In this document: positions 45,237 through 54,447 of the stretch, one piece after another | How positions within the stretch are numbered: position 1 is the stretch's first letter | Layout of the letters: every line of letters starts with the position of its first letter | NCBI GenBank assembly: GCA_964490125.1 | Contig: CAZBAJ010000001.1 | Location: 67,573 to 131,572 of the forward strand | Direction: 5' to 3' | DNA length: 64,000 bases | DNA from: an uncultured Candidatus Saccharibacteria bacterium | GTDB taxonomy: Bacteria; Patescibacteriota; WWE3; UBA101185; UBA10185 | The notes under the pieces: generated by a model | The model's input: the letters and a program-made list of their open reading frames with translations, nothing else | Told to the model about the DNA's origin: nothing | The model's database searches: none | Program-made: the position numbers and the translations under genes

Positions 45237-46892
45237 ATGATTGGTAGCGAGGGGCAGTTTGTAGACTCTTTTGGTAAAAAGTTTGAAACCGGTTTTGAAG
45301 GGTGGAAGCCGGGTCAGTTTATCAACTCTAAATTCACAGTTCAAAAAAGGGGAGACGATTTAGTACTTCTTGTTGCAGACTCGGTTGTAGGTGACATCCG
45401 TTACGCTGATATATTTGAACTTCACGGTTTATCTGAGGAAGCTAAACAGCAACTTCTAAAGGTAGGTGTTGCCGAAATTGATGTGGATATAGAGATAACC
45501 GGGGATATGCGTTACGAGATTAGCAATATGTTTCGGTATGAGGCGCGAATTGACAGGATTAATTCCATACAGCTGGCTTTTGATGGTGATTATGAAAATT
45601 TGGTTTTAGGTCAACAGGTTCTTGTCGAAGGAAGGGTAACTGATTACGAGAAGTCTGAAGGACAGGGTGTGTCAGAATATGGTCATTGCAAAGTGGAGTT
45701 GCCCGACGGTACAGTTGTTGCTGTGACAATGTGGAACGGATACTTAACCTATGAGGACGGGGCGTTAGGTGTCATTGATCCGCCGTATCCTTTAGAAGGA
45801 GATAAAGTGCAGATTAATTGCACTTACGGAAACCCCGGGGCAAGGTACGGAAAAGATGACGGGTTGTCACTCTTTGCCTACTACACAAGATCGACATTTA
45901 TGCTCGAGCCGTCCCAGGAAAGAGCAGAGTTGTATGCAAGTCGCAGAAAATTGGTTGACGAGGCTATGCAGGCGTTTTTAGATACACAGGATTTAGCGGA
46001 AGCTAGGAAGATATTGGCACAGGTTACTAAAGGAACTTTGATAACAGGAGGAACTTCAGTGAAGGGGGGTTTAACCGCTGATGAGCAGGATTTTATTCGG
46101 AATGCCGTAGAATTAAAGTTTACTGATCCAGATGAAAAACCTCTAGATTTGTTTGGCGATGAGTACGAGGCGGAGGAGATAAACAAAGTATGGGGTGTGG
46201 AGGTTTATGCCATGAGTAGAGCGGATTTCTACCGTTTTTGTATGAGTTTTGCTACGGGTGGAATAGTCTACGAAAATACCGGGAGCCTGGATTACCCTTA
46301 CAGATTTTTCGATAAAGCCCTAACTCGTGAACAACAGATTGAGGTGTTGACGACAGCGGTCAGCACGCTTGCCCCCAAGGTCATCGGTAAAAGGACATAC
46401 AGTACCAGGAACATGTTTGGTCAAGAGTCCGTTGACAGAGGAAGCATCGTAGACCCAAATCTAATCGATTGGGACACAGCTTATTTATTTGAACAATCGT
46501 TGTCGTATTTGTCTGGATATTCTTTACCCTCCGTAGCTAATGTGTTTATTGATTTAGTAATCGACATGTATGATAAGGACCGCTACAGAAAAGACATCGA
46601 TGCCGATGAGAGGAGAGATTTTTATGAGTATTATATTTGCGATTGCTATCGAAGAAATTTACAAAAGGCTTTGGTTATGGAGCGCGGACAGGTTTTGGGG
46701 GTTAGCAACGCAGAGATTCTAGGTCTTTATGCTAAGCAACTGCCCTTACTAAGGGCACTTTCAAAAAAAATGCAAGTAGATTCGTGGAATAACGACGGGC
46801 GCTATACTGTCTGGGAATATGTAGACGACTGTGCCGATCTAACCGAGAGGGCTACCGTAGTTTCCCGTGAAAATAATTTCTTAAACAATTAA
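45237..46892 (+). CDS. Hypothetical protein; reading frame open upstream to 45027, probably interrupted by G8 tract (see findings)
   Basis: ORF; in-frame protein-like sequence upstream of ATG with no stop back to 45027; ATG 45004 ORF in +1 frame. Confidence 0.45.
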   Translation: MIGSEGQFVDSFGKKFETGFEGWKPGQFINSKFTVQKRGDDLVLLVADSVVGDIRYADIFELHGLSEEAKQQLLKVGVAEIDVDIEITGDMRYEISNMFRYEARIDRINSIQLAFDGDYENLVLGQQVLVEGRVTDYEKSEGQGVSEYGHCKVELPDGTVVAVTMWNGYLTYEDGALGVIDPPYPLEGDKVQINCTYGNPGARYGKDDGLSLFAYYTRSTFMLEPSQERAELYASRRKLVDEAMQAFLDTQDLAEARKILAQVTKGTLITGGTSVKGGLTADEQDFIRNAVELKFTDPDEKPLDLFGDEYEAEEINKVWGVEVYAMSRADFYRFCMSFATGGIVYENTGSLDYPYRFFDKALTREQQIEVLTTAVSTLAPKVIGKRTYSTRNMFGQESVDRGSIVDPNLIDWDTAYLFEQSLSYLSGYSLPSVANVFIDLVIDMYDKDRYRKDIDADERRDFYEYYICDCYRRNLQKALVMERGQVLGVSNAEILGLYAKQLPLLRALSKKMQVDSWNNDGRYTVWEYVDDCADLTERATVVSRENNFLNN

Positions 46893-46949
46893 TCTGATGT
46901 AGTGAGGACGGACATTTGACAAACCTAGTCGCATGTTCTTAAATTGCCA

Positions 46950-47111
46950 TGTTCGACGATGAACGCTGTGGCAGGCGGGAGTCGAGCAAAGTTACTCAAA
47001 TACTCAAAGCGTCCGCCGTTGGCGGAAAGTAGGGTGGAACCGCGCGGGCTAAGGCCTCCGTCCCTAAAGTCGTACAAAGATTTTAGGTTGCAAAAACGCA
47101 AAAGGAGGAAA
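46950..47111 (+). promoter_or_regulatory. T-box leader (Gly), probably translational type
   Basis: Promoter TTGACA(46915)-N17-TTAAAT; T-box AGTAGGGTGGAACCGCGCGG (UGGA matches U73 of tRNA-Gly); no U-tract terminator; CCTCC at 47054 could pair the SD AAAGGAGGA. Confidence 0.55.
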
Positions 47112-48497
47112 ATGCAAGCTAATCAACAAAGTCAAAATAGTCAAGATGATGTTTTGCAAAAAGTTATCTCGTTATGTAAACGCCGAGGGTTTGTTTTCCC
47201 CGGATCGGAAATTTACGGCGGTCTTGCTAATACTTACGACTTTGGTCCTTTAGGTGTCATTCTAAAAAAGAATATTTCCGATGTTTGGTGGAATTATTTT
47301 GTAAGTAGTCGACCGAACATTTACGCGGTTGATACCTGCAATCTAATGAGTCCAAAGATATGGGAGGCTTCTGGACACACAGCCAGCTTTACCAATATTT
47401 TAATCGACTGCATTAATTGTAAATACCGAACGCGTGCCGATCATTTAATTGAAGACGGTGTTAAGGATATTGGAAATGTGGAAGGTTGTCCTTTGGAAGA
47501 GCTTGACAAAATAATTCAAGAGAACAAATTAGTCTGCCCAAAATGCGGTAAGTCGGAGTGGACAAAATGCAGACACTTTAACCAGTTATTTGAAACAAAG
47601 ATAGGAATAATAACAACAGGACAAGATAAGGCTTATCTTAGGGGAGAACTAGCCCAAGGAATGTTTGTAAATTTTAAAAATGTCCTTGACAGTATGCGTC
47701 CAAAATTGCCGTTTGGAATTGCGCAGGTCGGTAAAGCGTATCGTAACGAAATTACTATGGGTAAGTTTACATTTAGAACTTTGGAATTTGATCTCGCCGA
47801 ATTTGAATACTTTGTTAATCCACCGGATTGGGAAAGTGGTTTTGAATATTGGAAGACGGAAATGTGGAAATTTGCATTGTCCGTCGGATTAAAGGAAGAT
47901 AATTTGCGTTGGCGTGAGCATTCCAAAGATGAGCTATCTCATTATTCAAAGCGTACAGAGGATTTGGAATATAAGTTTCCTTGGGGTTTTAAAGAGATGT
48001 GGGGTTTAGCTTATCGTACAGACTTTGATTTAAGGAATCACATGGAAAAATCCGGAGTTGATTTGCGCTATCAGGATCCAACTACTAACGAAAAATTTGT
48101 ACCACATGTACTGGAACCCACATTTGGTATATCAAGGTTATTTACTATCTTACTTGTTAGCGCGTATTCTGAGGACATTGACGGCAGAGTTATTTTAAAG
48201 TTGGACAAAAAAATTTCCCCGTATCAGGTGGCGGTTTTTCCTTTGGTTTCTAATAAACCGGAGCTTGTAGAAAAAGCTCGGCAAATTTATGCTGACTTAT
48301 TGAAGCAGGGGATTCGCGTGGCGTGGGATGACCGAGGGAATATAGGCAAACGCTACCTTTCTCAGGATGAGATCGGAACTCCCGCGTGTGTGACAGTGGA
48401 TTATCAGACTTTGGAGGACGACACGGTAACTTTGCGGGATAGGGATAGTAAAGAGCAGATTAGGCTTATTTCCAAAGAGATCACGACAAGAATATAA
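47112..48497 (+). CDS. glyS: Glycyl-tRNA synthetase (alpha2 dimeric, eukaryote/archaea-like GlyQS)
   Basis: RRGFVFPGSEIYGGLANTYDFGPLG N-terminus, class II motifs; start at ATG 47112 with strong SD. Confidence 0.85.
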   Translation: MQANQQSQNSQDDVLQKVISLCKRRGFVFPGSEIYGGLANTYDFGPLGVILKKNISDVWWNYFVSSRPNIYAVDTCNLMSPKIWEASGHTASFTNILIDCINCKYRTRADHLIEDGVKDIGNVEGCPLEELDKIIQENKLVCPKCGKSEWTKCRHFNQLFETKIGIITTGQDKAYLRGELAQGMFVNFKNVLDSMRPKLPFGIAQVGKAYRNEITMGKFTFRTLEFDLAEFEYFVNPPDWESGFEYWKTEMWKFALSVGLKEDNLRWREHSKDELSHYSKRTEDLEYKFPWGFKEMWGLAYRTDFDLRNHMEKSGVDLRYQDPTTNEKFVPHVLEPTFGISRLFTILLVSAYSEDIDGRVILKLDKKISPYQVAVFPLVSNKPELVEKARQIYADLLKQGIRVAWDDRGNIGKRYLSQDEIGTPACVTVDYQTLEDDTVTLRDRDSKEQIRLISKEITTRI

Positions 48498-48526
48498 AAG
48501 TGGTTCCTTCCCAAACCACCTGTTGC

Positions 48527-48823
48527 CTAGAACCCTTTAACAAGCTGGTCTGTAGAGCCTATATCCCAACCTGCTAAGTCATTTCCGAATTTTCTCCTAA
48601 GGTAGTCCGAAGTCCTAAAATGATAATCATCCTGTTGTTCCTTAGTTCCGTCGTGCTTACAAGCAAATCCAATCCCATATTGATCTTTGCTTACCCGGCG
48701 AATATAAAGTTGGATATAGTTATCATCCTTAGCCCACTCATTGGCAACCTCTAGTAAGTCTTTATTATTTACTCGTTGGTCGAACTTCCACAAACCCAAG
48801 ATTAAGCTTTTAGTATTTTCCAT
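48527..48823 (-). CDS. Hypothetical protein (98 aa)
   Basis: SD GGAGGTGAA before ATG. Confidence 0.4.
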   Translation of the reverse strand: MENTKSLILGLWKFDQRVNNKDLLEVANEWAKDDNYIQLYIRRVSKDQYGIGFACKHDGTKEQQDDYHFRTSDYLRRKFGNDLAGWDIGSTDQLVKGF

Positions 48824-48852
48824 TCTTATTCACCTCCTTTGGATAACAAAAA

Positions 48853-48892
48853 ACCGCGGCTTCTTTCTTTTCCGCGGTGCTTAAATACAACC
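48853..48892 (-). terminator. Rho-independent terminator downstream of HEPN gene (CACCGCGG...CCGCGGT + T6 on minus strand)
   Basis: Read directly. Confidence 0.6.
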
Positions 48893-48954
48893 GATCGCCA
48901 ACTGAACGAAAAGAAAAGGAATGGAAAGGAACCGGATTTATTGTAACATCTTAG

Positions 48955-49401
48955 CTATTTTTGCACAACATTCTTATCAATTTGCCTTTGGAACTCCTCA
49001 AAATCTCCAAGGTTTATCTGGATGTACTCGTATACTTTGTTTAGATCTATGTCTAAGTAGCTGTGGACGGTTATGTTCCTGAAACCCGTGGCTTGGGTTA
49101 ATTTCTCCGACAAATTCTTGTCGATTATTTTCCTGTCGGCTAGAATTTTAAATACCTCTTTAAGTTCTTTAGGTCGTTCAAAGCCGTCGGAAGCTATTAT
49201 AAGCTTAGCGATATCTAGGCACGCCTCTATAATAACTTGAAGTTGTCGGATGGCAAAATCATATTCGTATGGATTTTCACAGAATTCGGTTTCGTCAGTT
49301 CCAATATAACCGTTTAGTAGAAGAAGGCGTCTGTCTATCTCCTCCATTCTTTGTTTTATAGCCTGTTTATCTACCATTTTTACTTTGTAGTCTTTCCACA
49401 A
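48955..49401 (-). CDS. hepT: HEPN-domain toxin (HepT/DUF86-like)
   Basis: R-x4-H motif in GFRNITVHSY; overlaps upstream MNT gene by 35 nt. Confidence 0.7.
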   Translation of the reverse strand: MWKDYKVKMVDKQAIKQRMEEIDRRLLLLNGYIGTDETEFCENPYEYDFAIRQLQVIIEACLDIAKLIIASDGFERPKELKEVFKILADRKIIDKNLSEKLTQATGFRNITVHSYLDIDLNKVYEYIQINLGDFEEFQRQIDKNVVQK

Positions 49402-49792
49402 TTTTATTATAGCGCATATCGTACAGGGGTTTTATGTCTGTATAGTCGTCTAACGCGCGGTTTTCAAAGTTCGCCTTGTTTTTAGCATCGGCTGTGTAGA
49501 TTGACTTACCAAAAAGTACGGATGTGTAATAAAGCGGGTACGACATAATTTGCCGAGGTATAGCTTCTATTGTTTTATCTTTTGCAAGAGCTGTAAGTTC
49601 TTCCTGAAGTTTGAACATGTAATTATAAAGATCACCGGGAAGTCTTTCGTCGTCTAGTACAACGCAAATATCCACATCGCTTGCTGGTGTGGCGCTTCCG
49701 TTGACCTGAGATCCGTACAGGTAAGCGTGAAGAATCTCTGGGTGATTTCTAAAACCCTCTATTAAATTTTGTAAGGTTGCTTGGATGTCCAT
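49367..49792 (-). CDS. mntA: Minimal nucleotidyltransferase antitoxin (MntA-like)
   Basis: YLYGSQVNGSATPASDVDI (GS-x-DVD motif). Confidence 0.7.
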   Translation of the reverse strand: MDIQATLQNLIEGFRNHPEILHAYLYGSQVNGSATPASDVDICVVLDDERLPGDLYNYMFKLQEELTALAKDKTIEAIPRQIMSYPLYYTSVLFGKSIYTADAKNKANFENRALDDYTDIKPLYDMRYNKIVERLQSKNGR

Positions 49793-49892
49793 ACCTGTAT
49801 TTTACACGATATATTCAAAAATAAAAAACAGCCGAGCTTATACCACTTTCGCCTTTTCTTTGTCTTGACACATCAGTCCAAATGGTAGATAT

Positions 49893-49919
49893 TGGTGAAG
49901 ACTGGTGAATTATGGTGAA
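49893..49919 (+). promoter_or_regulatory. Putative MraZ operator: three direct repeats TGGTGAA at exact 10-bp spacing, overlapping mraZ promoter (TTGACA 49866)
   Basis: Read directly; MraZ proteins bind promoter-proximal direct repeats with 10-bp periodicity. Confidence 0.5.
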
Positions 49920-49963
49920 AGTTGCCATAAAGAAAAATCGCGCAGAAAAGCGTCGTACCGAAT

Positions 49964-50395
49964 ATGAAGATGTTTCTTGGGGAATACCAACCAAATATTA
50001 CGGAAGGAAATCGCATTGCCCTGCCCAAGAAACTGCGGGAGCAAATTGTCGGCGACCAGATAATTTTAGCCAAGGGTTTTGAGCCGTGTGTGTTTGTGTA
50101 CGACAAGGAAGATTGGGCGCAGGAGTGGCAAAAGCAGGTTGACAATCCTATAACGGACGCGCGGACGCGAAATTTAAAAAGGTATATTTTTTCTGGTGCG
50201 ACCGAAGCAGAAATTGATGACCAGGGTAGGTTTGTGGTTCCGCAGTCACTAAGAACTTACGGCGGACTTGCTAAAGATGTGGTGGTTATAGGCGCCGGCG
50301 ACCATGTGGAGCTGTGGGATAAGTCTGGTTGGAGCAAGCATTTAGAAAAAATAAGTGGCGACTTGGTAAAAGAGAAACCTTGGATGGACCTATGA
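49964..50395 (+). CDS. mraZ: Transcriptional regulator MraZ
   Basis: Two DXXXR-containing repeats (GNRIALPKKLRE, DDQGRFVVPQSLR). Confidence 0.85.
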   Translation: MKMFLGEYQPNITEGNRIALPKKLREQIVGDQIILAKGFEPCVFVYDKEDWAQEWQKQVDNPITDARTRNLKRYIFSGATEAEIDDQGRFVVPQSLRTYGGLAKDVVVIGAGDHVELWDKSGWSKHLEKISGDLVKEKPWMDL

Positions 50396-51393
50396 AGTCT
50401 GTGGCAGAAGGTCCAAAGTACCATGTGCCGGTAATGCTTGCGGAGACGCTAAAGTTTTTGCAAGTGCGGTCGGGTGGCAAGTATATTGATACAACCTTGG
50501 GCGACGGGGGGCATGCGCTTGAACTTTTAAAACTGGGGGGTGAGGTTTTAGGAATCGATGTTAACCAAGGGTCTATCGATAGGGCGGTAAAACGGATTAA
50601 TCTGGCGGGTTTGGGCGACAAGTTTAGTTGGACTTTGGGGAATTTTAAGAACATCGACAAGTTAGCGCAAGAAAAAGGATTTACGCAGGTTGACGGGATT
50701 TTATTTGATTTGGGTGTTAGTACCACACAACTGCGGGATGAGCGATTGGGTTTAGGTTTTGATTCGGATTATGAGCCAGATATGCGGTTGGACGACAAAT
50801 TGGGAGTTAGAGCGTTTGATTTAATAAACGGTTTGTACGAGAACGAGCTGGCGGATTTATTCTGGGAATTTGGCGAAGAGCGGTTTGCTAAAAAGTTTGC
50901 TAAGGAGATTGTAAAAGCTCGCGGTATGGAAAGGATTTCTAGTGCAAGGAGATTGGCGGAAATTGCACGGAAGGCTTTTCCAGGCTACGAGAATGGTAGG
51001 TTGCACCCTGCCACTCGGATTTTTATGGCACTGCGAATTGCCGTAAACGATGAGCTTGAAAACTTAAAAAGTGCACTGCCCCGGGCTGGGCGCTTGCTTG
51101 CTTGCCCTCGTAAAGAGAGGGTAAAGGACAATGTACTGTCACTGCCTGGCGGACGAATGGTCGTTATAAGTTTCCATTCGCTCGAGGACAAAATTGTAAA
51201 AGAGTTTGCCCAAGGCGCCCAGCCCAAAGATGTAAAAGGTGTTGGTGGCGATGTTGAAGGTGATGGGGGTTATGATGATGCTTTGGTTTTAGCGGAGCTT
51301 ACCAAAAAACCGTTAGAACCGACGCCGGAGGAAGTTTTAAACAACCCCAGCGCGCGGAGCGCAAAAATGCGTGTGGTAGAAAGGGTTTTGTAG
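50392..51393 (+). CDS. rsmH: 16S rRNA (cytosine1402-N4)-methyltransferase RsmH (MraW)
   Basis: YHVPVML... DTTLGDGGHA; position after mraZ; ATGA overlap. Confidence 0.85.
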   Translation: MKSVAEGPKYHVPVMLAETLKFLQVRSGGKYIDTTLGDGGHALELLKLGGEVLGIDVNQGSIDRAVKRINLAGLGDKFSWTLGNFKNIDKLAQEKGFTQVDGILFDLGVSTTQLRDERLGLGFDSDYEPDMRLDDKLGVRAFDLINGLYENELADLFWEFGEERFAKKFAKEIVKARGMERISSARRLAEIARKAFPGYENGRLHPATRIFMALRIAVNDELENLKSALPRAGRLLACPRKERVKDNVLSLPGGRMVVISFHSLEDKIVKEFAQGAQPKDVKGVGGDVEGDGGYDDALVLAELTKKPLEPTPEEVLNNPSARSAKMRVVERVL

Positions 51394-51472
51394 ATATGGA
51401 GCCGATCGAGAATAAGTTGGAAAACGGGTATTAGGCATCAAAGTGGTTTTGTTAGTTAAGGTAGTAGCAAAA

Positions 51473-51748
51473 ATGACTAAACTGTCCAAAATATCAATAG
51501 CGATTTTTAGCTTATCTTTTTTAGTCCAATTAGCTGTGTGCAATCATGTTGCGGTTAAAACCAAAGAGCTTAACACCGTCAACAGCCAAATTTCTGGGCT
51601 TCAAAGTCAAATTTCTGCCATAAATCAAGAAATATATTTAGCATCGTCCATTGTGGGTATGGAGAAAAAAGCCAAAGACCAAGGTTTTGCCTCTATGCAA
51701 GTTCAGGTTAAGACTATTGTAAATCCGACTATTGCTCGGGCGTTTTAG
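51473..51748 (+). CDS. ftsL: Cell division protein FtsL-like (single TM + coiled coil)
   Basis: Size, TM, position between rsmH and ftsI. Confidence 0.5.
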   Translation: MTKLSKISIAIFSLSFLVQLAVCNHVAVKTKELNTVNSQISGLQSQISAINQEIYLASSIVGMEKKAKDQGFASMQVQVKTIVNPTIARAF

Positions 51749-51750
51749 CT

Positions 51751-53439
51751 ATGCACAACCGCTTTACTCTGGTTAAACTTGGGATTATCGTATTGTCGTT
51801 TATTGCGGCATCCCGACTTTTTAGCATTCAAATCTTGTCGCACAAACTATACATAGCCCGCGCCTACGATCAATACGCCAACTTTATAACAATTCCTGCT
51901 AAACGCGGGGAAATTTTAACCTCCGACGGTTATCCTTTGGCGTCAAATCAAGTGTCGTACTTACTTTACGCCGAACCTAAAAAACTTAAAGACAAGCAAA
52001 AACTAATTGACGCGGTGCTGTCTATTTTACCAAAGGAAATTAGTGCAAAGGAAGATGAGCGACTTAAAGAGTTGCTTGACTACAATTTGGCATGGGTGGC
52101 TTTGGAACATAACTTGTCCCCAACTCAAAAAACAACCTTGGAGCAACTAAAGCTAGAAGGAATTGGGTTTGAAGAAGAATCCGTGCGGTTTTATCCGGAA
52201 GGCTCTTTAGCGGCGCATGTTTTGGGTTATGTGGCGGAGCAGGAGGACGGTACACAAGGCGGTTACTATGGTATTGAGGCGGCTTTTAATGGCGACTTAC
52301 AGGGTCGACCAGGCAAAGTAACGGAGGAAAAAGATGCACTAGGTCTTTCTATTTTGACGGGCGGATTTACAAAAGTTCCACCGGTGGACGGCAAGCCAAT
52401 TAGGTTAACCATAGACCGCACTGTGCAGTACATTATAGAAAAAAAGCTTAAGGAGGGTGTAGAAAAGTACGATGCTGGAGACGGCGTGATTATTGTAATG
52501 AATCCCATGGACGGCAGTATTTTGGGCATGGCGACTTATCCGGCATATGATCCTCAAAACATGGATTTTACCGAGCCCGCTGTTTCTGCCGAGTCCGGTA
52601 GAAAGGCGCGTGAGCATAGAAATCTGGCAATTTCGTATTTATATGAGCCGGGTTCCGTAATAAAGCCGTTAACTGTTTCCTCCGCCATAGATTTAGGTTT
52701 AGCGACGCCGGAAACTGCTTATTTCGACCCGGGTTCTGCAGTGTATTCAAATTATACTATTAGAAATTGGGATGGAAAAGCTTTAGGACCCATGAATTTA
52801 ACCACTCTGCTCCAAAAGTCTAACAACATTGGTGCGGCATGGGTAGGACATTTGGTTGGTGCAGACGCACTTTCTACTTATTTTAGAAAATATGGTCTTG
52901 GCGCCCTTTCCGGGGTGGCACTGGAGGGTGAGGAGGCAAGTTTACTTAGGGATTACAAGGAAACTACTGACATTGATCTTGCTACTATGTCCTTTGGACA
53001 GGGAATTTTAGCAACGCCTTTACAGGTGTTAAACGCGTTTAATGCTATTGCAAATGGTGGTATTTTGTATCGCCCAAAAATTGTAGCGGACACGGAGCCA
53101 AAAGAGCTTGGTAGAGTAATAAAAAAAGAGACTTCCAATACTATGATAGATATGCTAATAAAAGCGGTGGACGGTGGGGAGTCAAAATACTTTAATATTA
53201 AAAACTATGTAGTGGCGGGCAAAACGGGTACTGCGCAAATTGCAGTTGCCGGTGGTTACGATCCGCATAAAACTAACGCCACATTTGTGGGCTTTTTGCC
53301 CGCCACCAAAAGATTTTCTATGATAGTTAAGTTGCGAGAACCCCAAACAAGTATTTACGCGGCAGAGACTGCCGTCCCTCTTTGGATGGAGACGGCCGGC
53401 GAGCTGGCAAAGTACTATTCTATCCCGTCAGATAAATAA
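51751..53439 (+). CDS. ftsI: Peptidoglycan D,D-transpeptidase FtsI (class B PBP)
   Basis: SVIKP (SXXK), SNN (SXN), KTGT motifs; N-terminal TM. Confidence 0.85.
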   Translation: MHNRFTLVKLGIIVLSFIAASRLFSIQILSHKLYIARAYDQYANFITIPAKRGEILTSDGYPLASNQVSYLLYAEPKKLKDKQKLIDAVLSILPKEISAKEDERLKELLDYNLAWVALEHNLSPTQKTTLEQLKLEGIGFEEESVRFYPEGSLAAHVLGYVAEQEDGTQGGYYGIEAAFNGDLQGRPGKVTEEKDALGLSILTGGFTKVPPVDGKPIRLTIDRTVQYIIEKKLKEGVEKYDAGDGVIIVMNPMDGSILGMATYPAYDPQNMDFTEPAVSAESGRKAREHRNLAISYLYEPGSVIKPLTVSSAIDLGLATPETAYFDPGSAVYSNYTIRNWDGKALGPMNLTTLLQKSNNIGAAWVGHLVGADALSTYFRKYGLGALSGVALEGEEASLLRDYKETTDIDLATMSFGQGILATPLQVLNAFNAIANGGILYRPKIVADTEPKELGRVIKKETSNTMIDMLIKAVDGGESKYFNIKNYVVAGKTGTAQIAVAGGYDPHKTNATFVGFLPATKRFSMIVKLREPQTSIYAAETAVPLWMETAGELAKYYSIPSDK

Positions 53440-53461
53440 ATTCTATTCAGATTAGAGACAA
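53438..53461 (+). promoter_or_regulatory. 24-nt motif copy 3 (AAATTCTATTCAGATTAGAGACAA) directly after ftsI stop, upstream of TTGCAA hexamer
   Basis: Identity to copy 1. Confidence 0.5.
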
Positions 53462-53584
53462 GTGTATTGCAATGTTATTACTTTTGGTAATAATGGTGTC
53501 AGTCATAATTTTGCTAGGCAAGCCGGTAAGTTTGCATCTTAAGTGAGTGGGTACGGTTGCTACTATGCCGGCTTGTTATATATG

Positions 53585-53935
53585 AATACACGACTTATTG
53601 GAAAAGTGGGCGAGGTTATAGCGTCCAAATATTTACAGGAAAAAGGTTTTTCCATTGTGGCAAAAAATTGGACTTGTCGCTGGGGAGAAATCGACCTAGT
53701 TGCGGAAAAAGACAATATTTTAACTTTTGTGGAGGTTAAGTATCGCGCCGGAGGTATAAATTGTCACCCGTCCGAGGCCATGACTTACTACAAACGCAAA
53801 AGTTTGCAACGGAGCATTAATATATATTTGGCAAAAAATTATGTCACCAAGCCTTGGCGAGTGGATGTGCTGTGCGTTAGCAAGCTGGGCAAATCATTGC
53901 GGGTTGATTATTATGAGTATGTATCCTTGCTCTAG
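53585..53935 (+). CDS. yraN: YraN-family (UPF0102) endonuclease
   Basis: GKVGEVIASKYLQEKGFSIVAKNW...GEIDLVA...FVEVKYR. Confidence 0.7.
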   Translation, partial: NTRLIGKVGEVIASKYLQEKGFSIVAKNWTCRWGEIDLVAEKDNILTFVEVKYRAGGINCHPSEAMTYYKRKSLQRSINIYLAKNYVTKPWRVDVLCVSKLGKSLRVDYYEYVSLL

Positions 53936-54039
53936 TTATTTTGCTTTAAATTCAAGTCGTTTGACTGAATTTGTGTTTAGTACTAAGTCGTCCAAAAATT
54001 ACACTTGTATTTTTTGTCGGACTACTTTACTATAATGAT

Positions 54040-54441
54040 ATGACAAAAAAAGTCCTGATAGTAGAAGACGACATGGCGTTGTTTAACATGTACTCCGTGG
54101 AACTTAAAATTAAGGGCTACGATGTGTTAAATGTAAACGACGGTCTTCAGGCGCTTTCTAAGGCTAAAGAGTATCAGCCGGCAGTTATTTTGTTGGACAT
54201 TATGTTGCCCGGCATGAACGGACTTAACATTCTTACGGAACTTAAGGCAGACTCCCAAACCGCGGATATTCCAGTTATCATGCTCACCAATTACGGTAGT
54301 GAGGACAATGTTAAAAAGGCTTTGGAAAGTGGCGCAACAGACTACATTATGAAGTACAAGATACTGCCTTCCGAATTGGCAGAAAAAATAGAGGTAGTTT
54401 TGGGTACTTCTAGCCAGTCCGATGTCAAAATAGCAATTTAA
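54040..54441 (+). CDS. Single-domain response regulator (CheY-like receiver)
   Basis: VLIVEDD..., LLDIMLPGMNG, phospho-acceptor Asp context. Confidence 0.8.
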   Translation: MTKKVLIVEDDMALFNMYSVELKIKGYDVLNVNDGLQALSKAKEYQPAVILLDIMLPGMNGLNILTELKADSQTADIPVIMLTNYGSEDNVKKALESGATDYIMKYKILPSELAEKIEVVLGTSSQSDVKIAI

Positions 54442-54447
54442 GATCTA

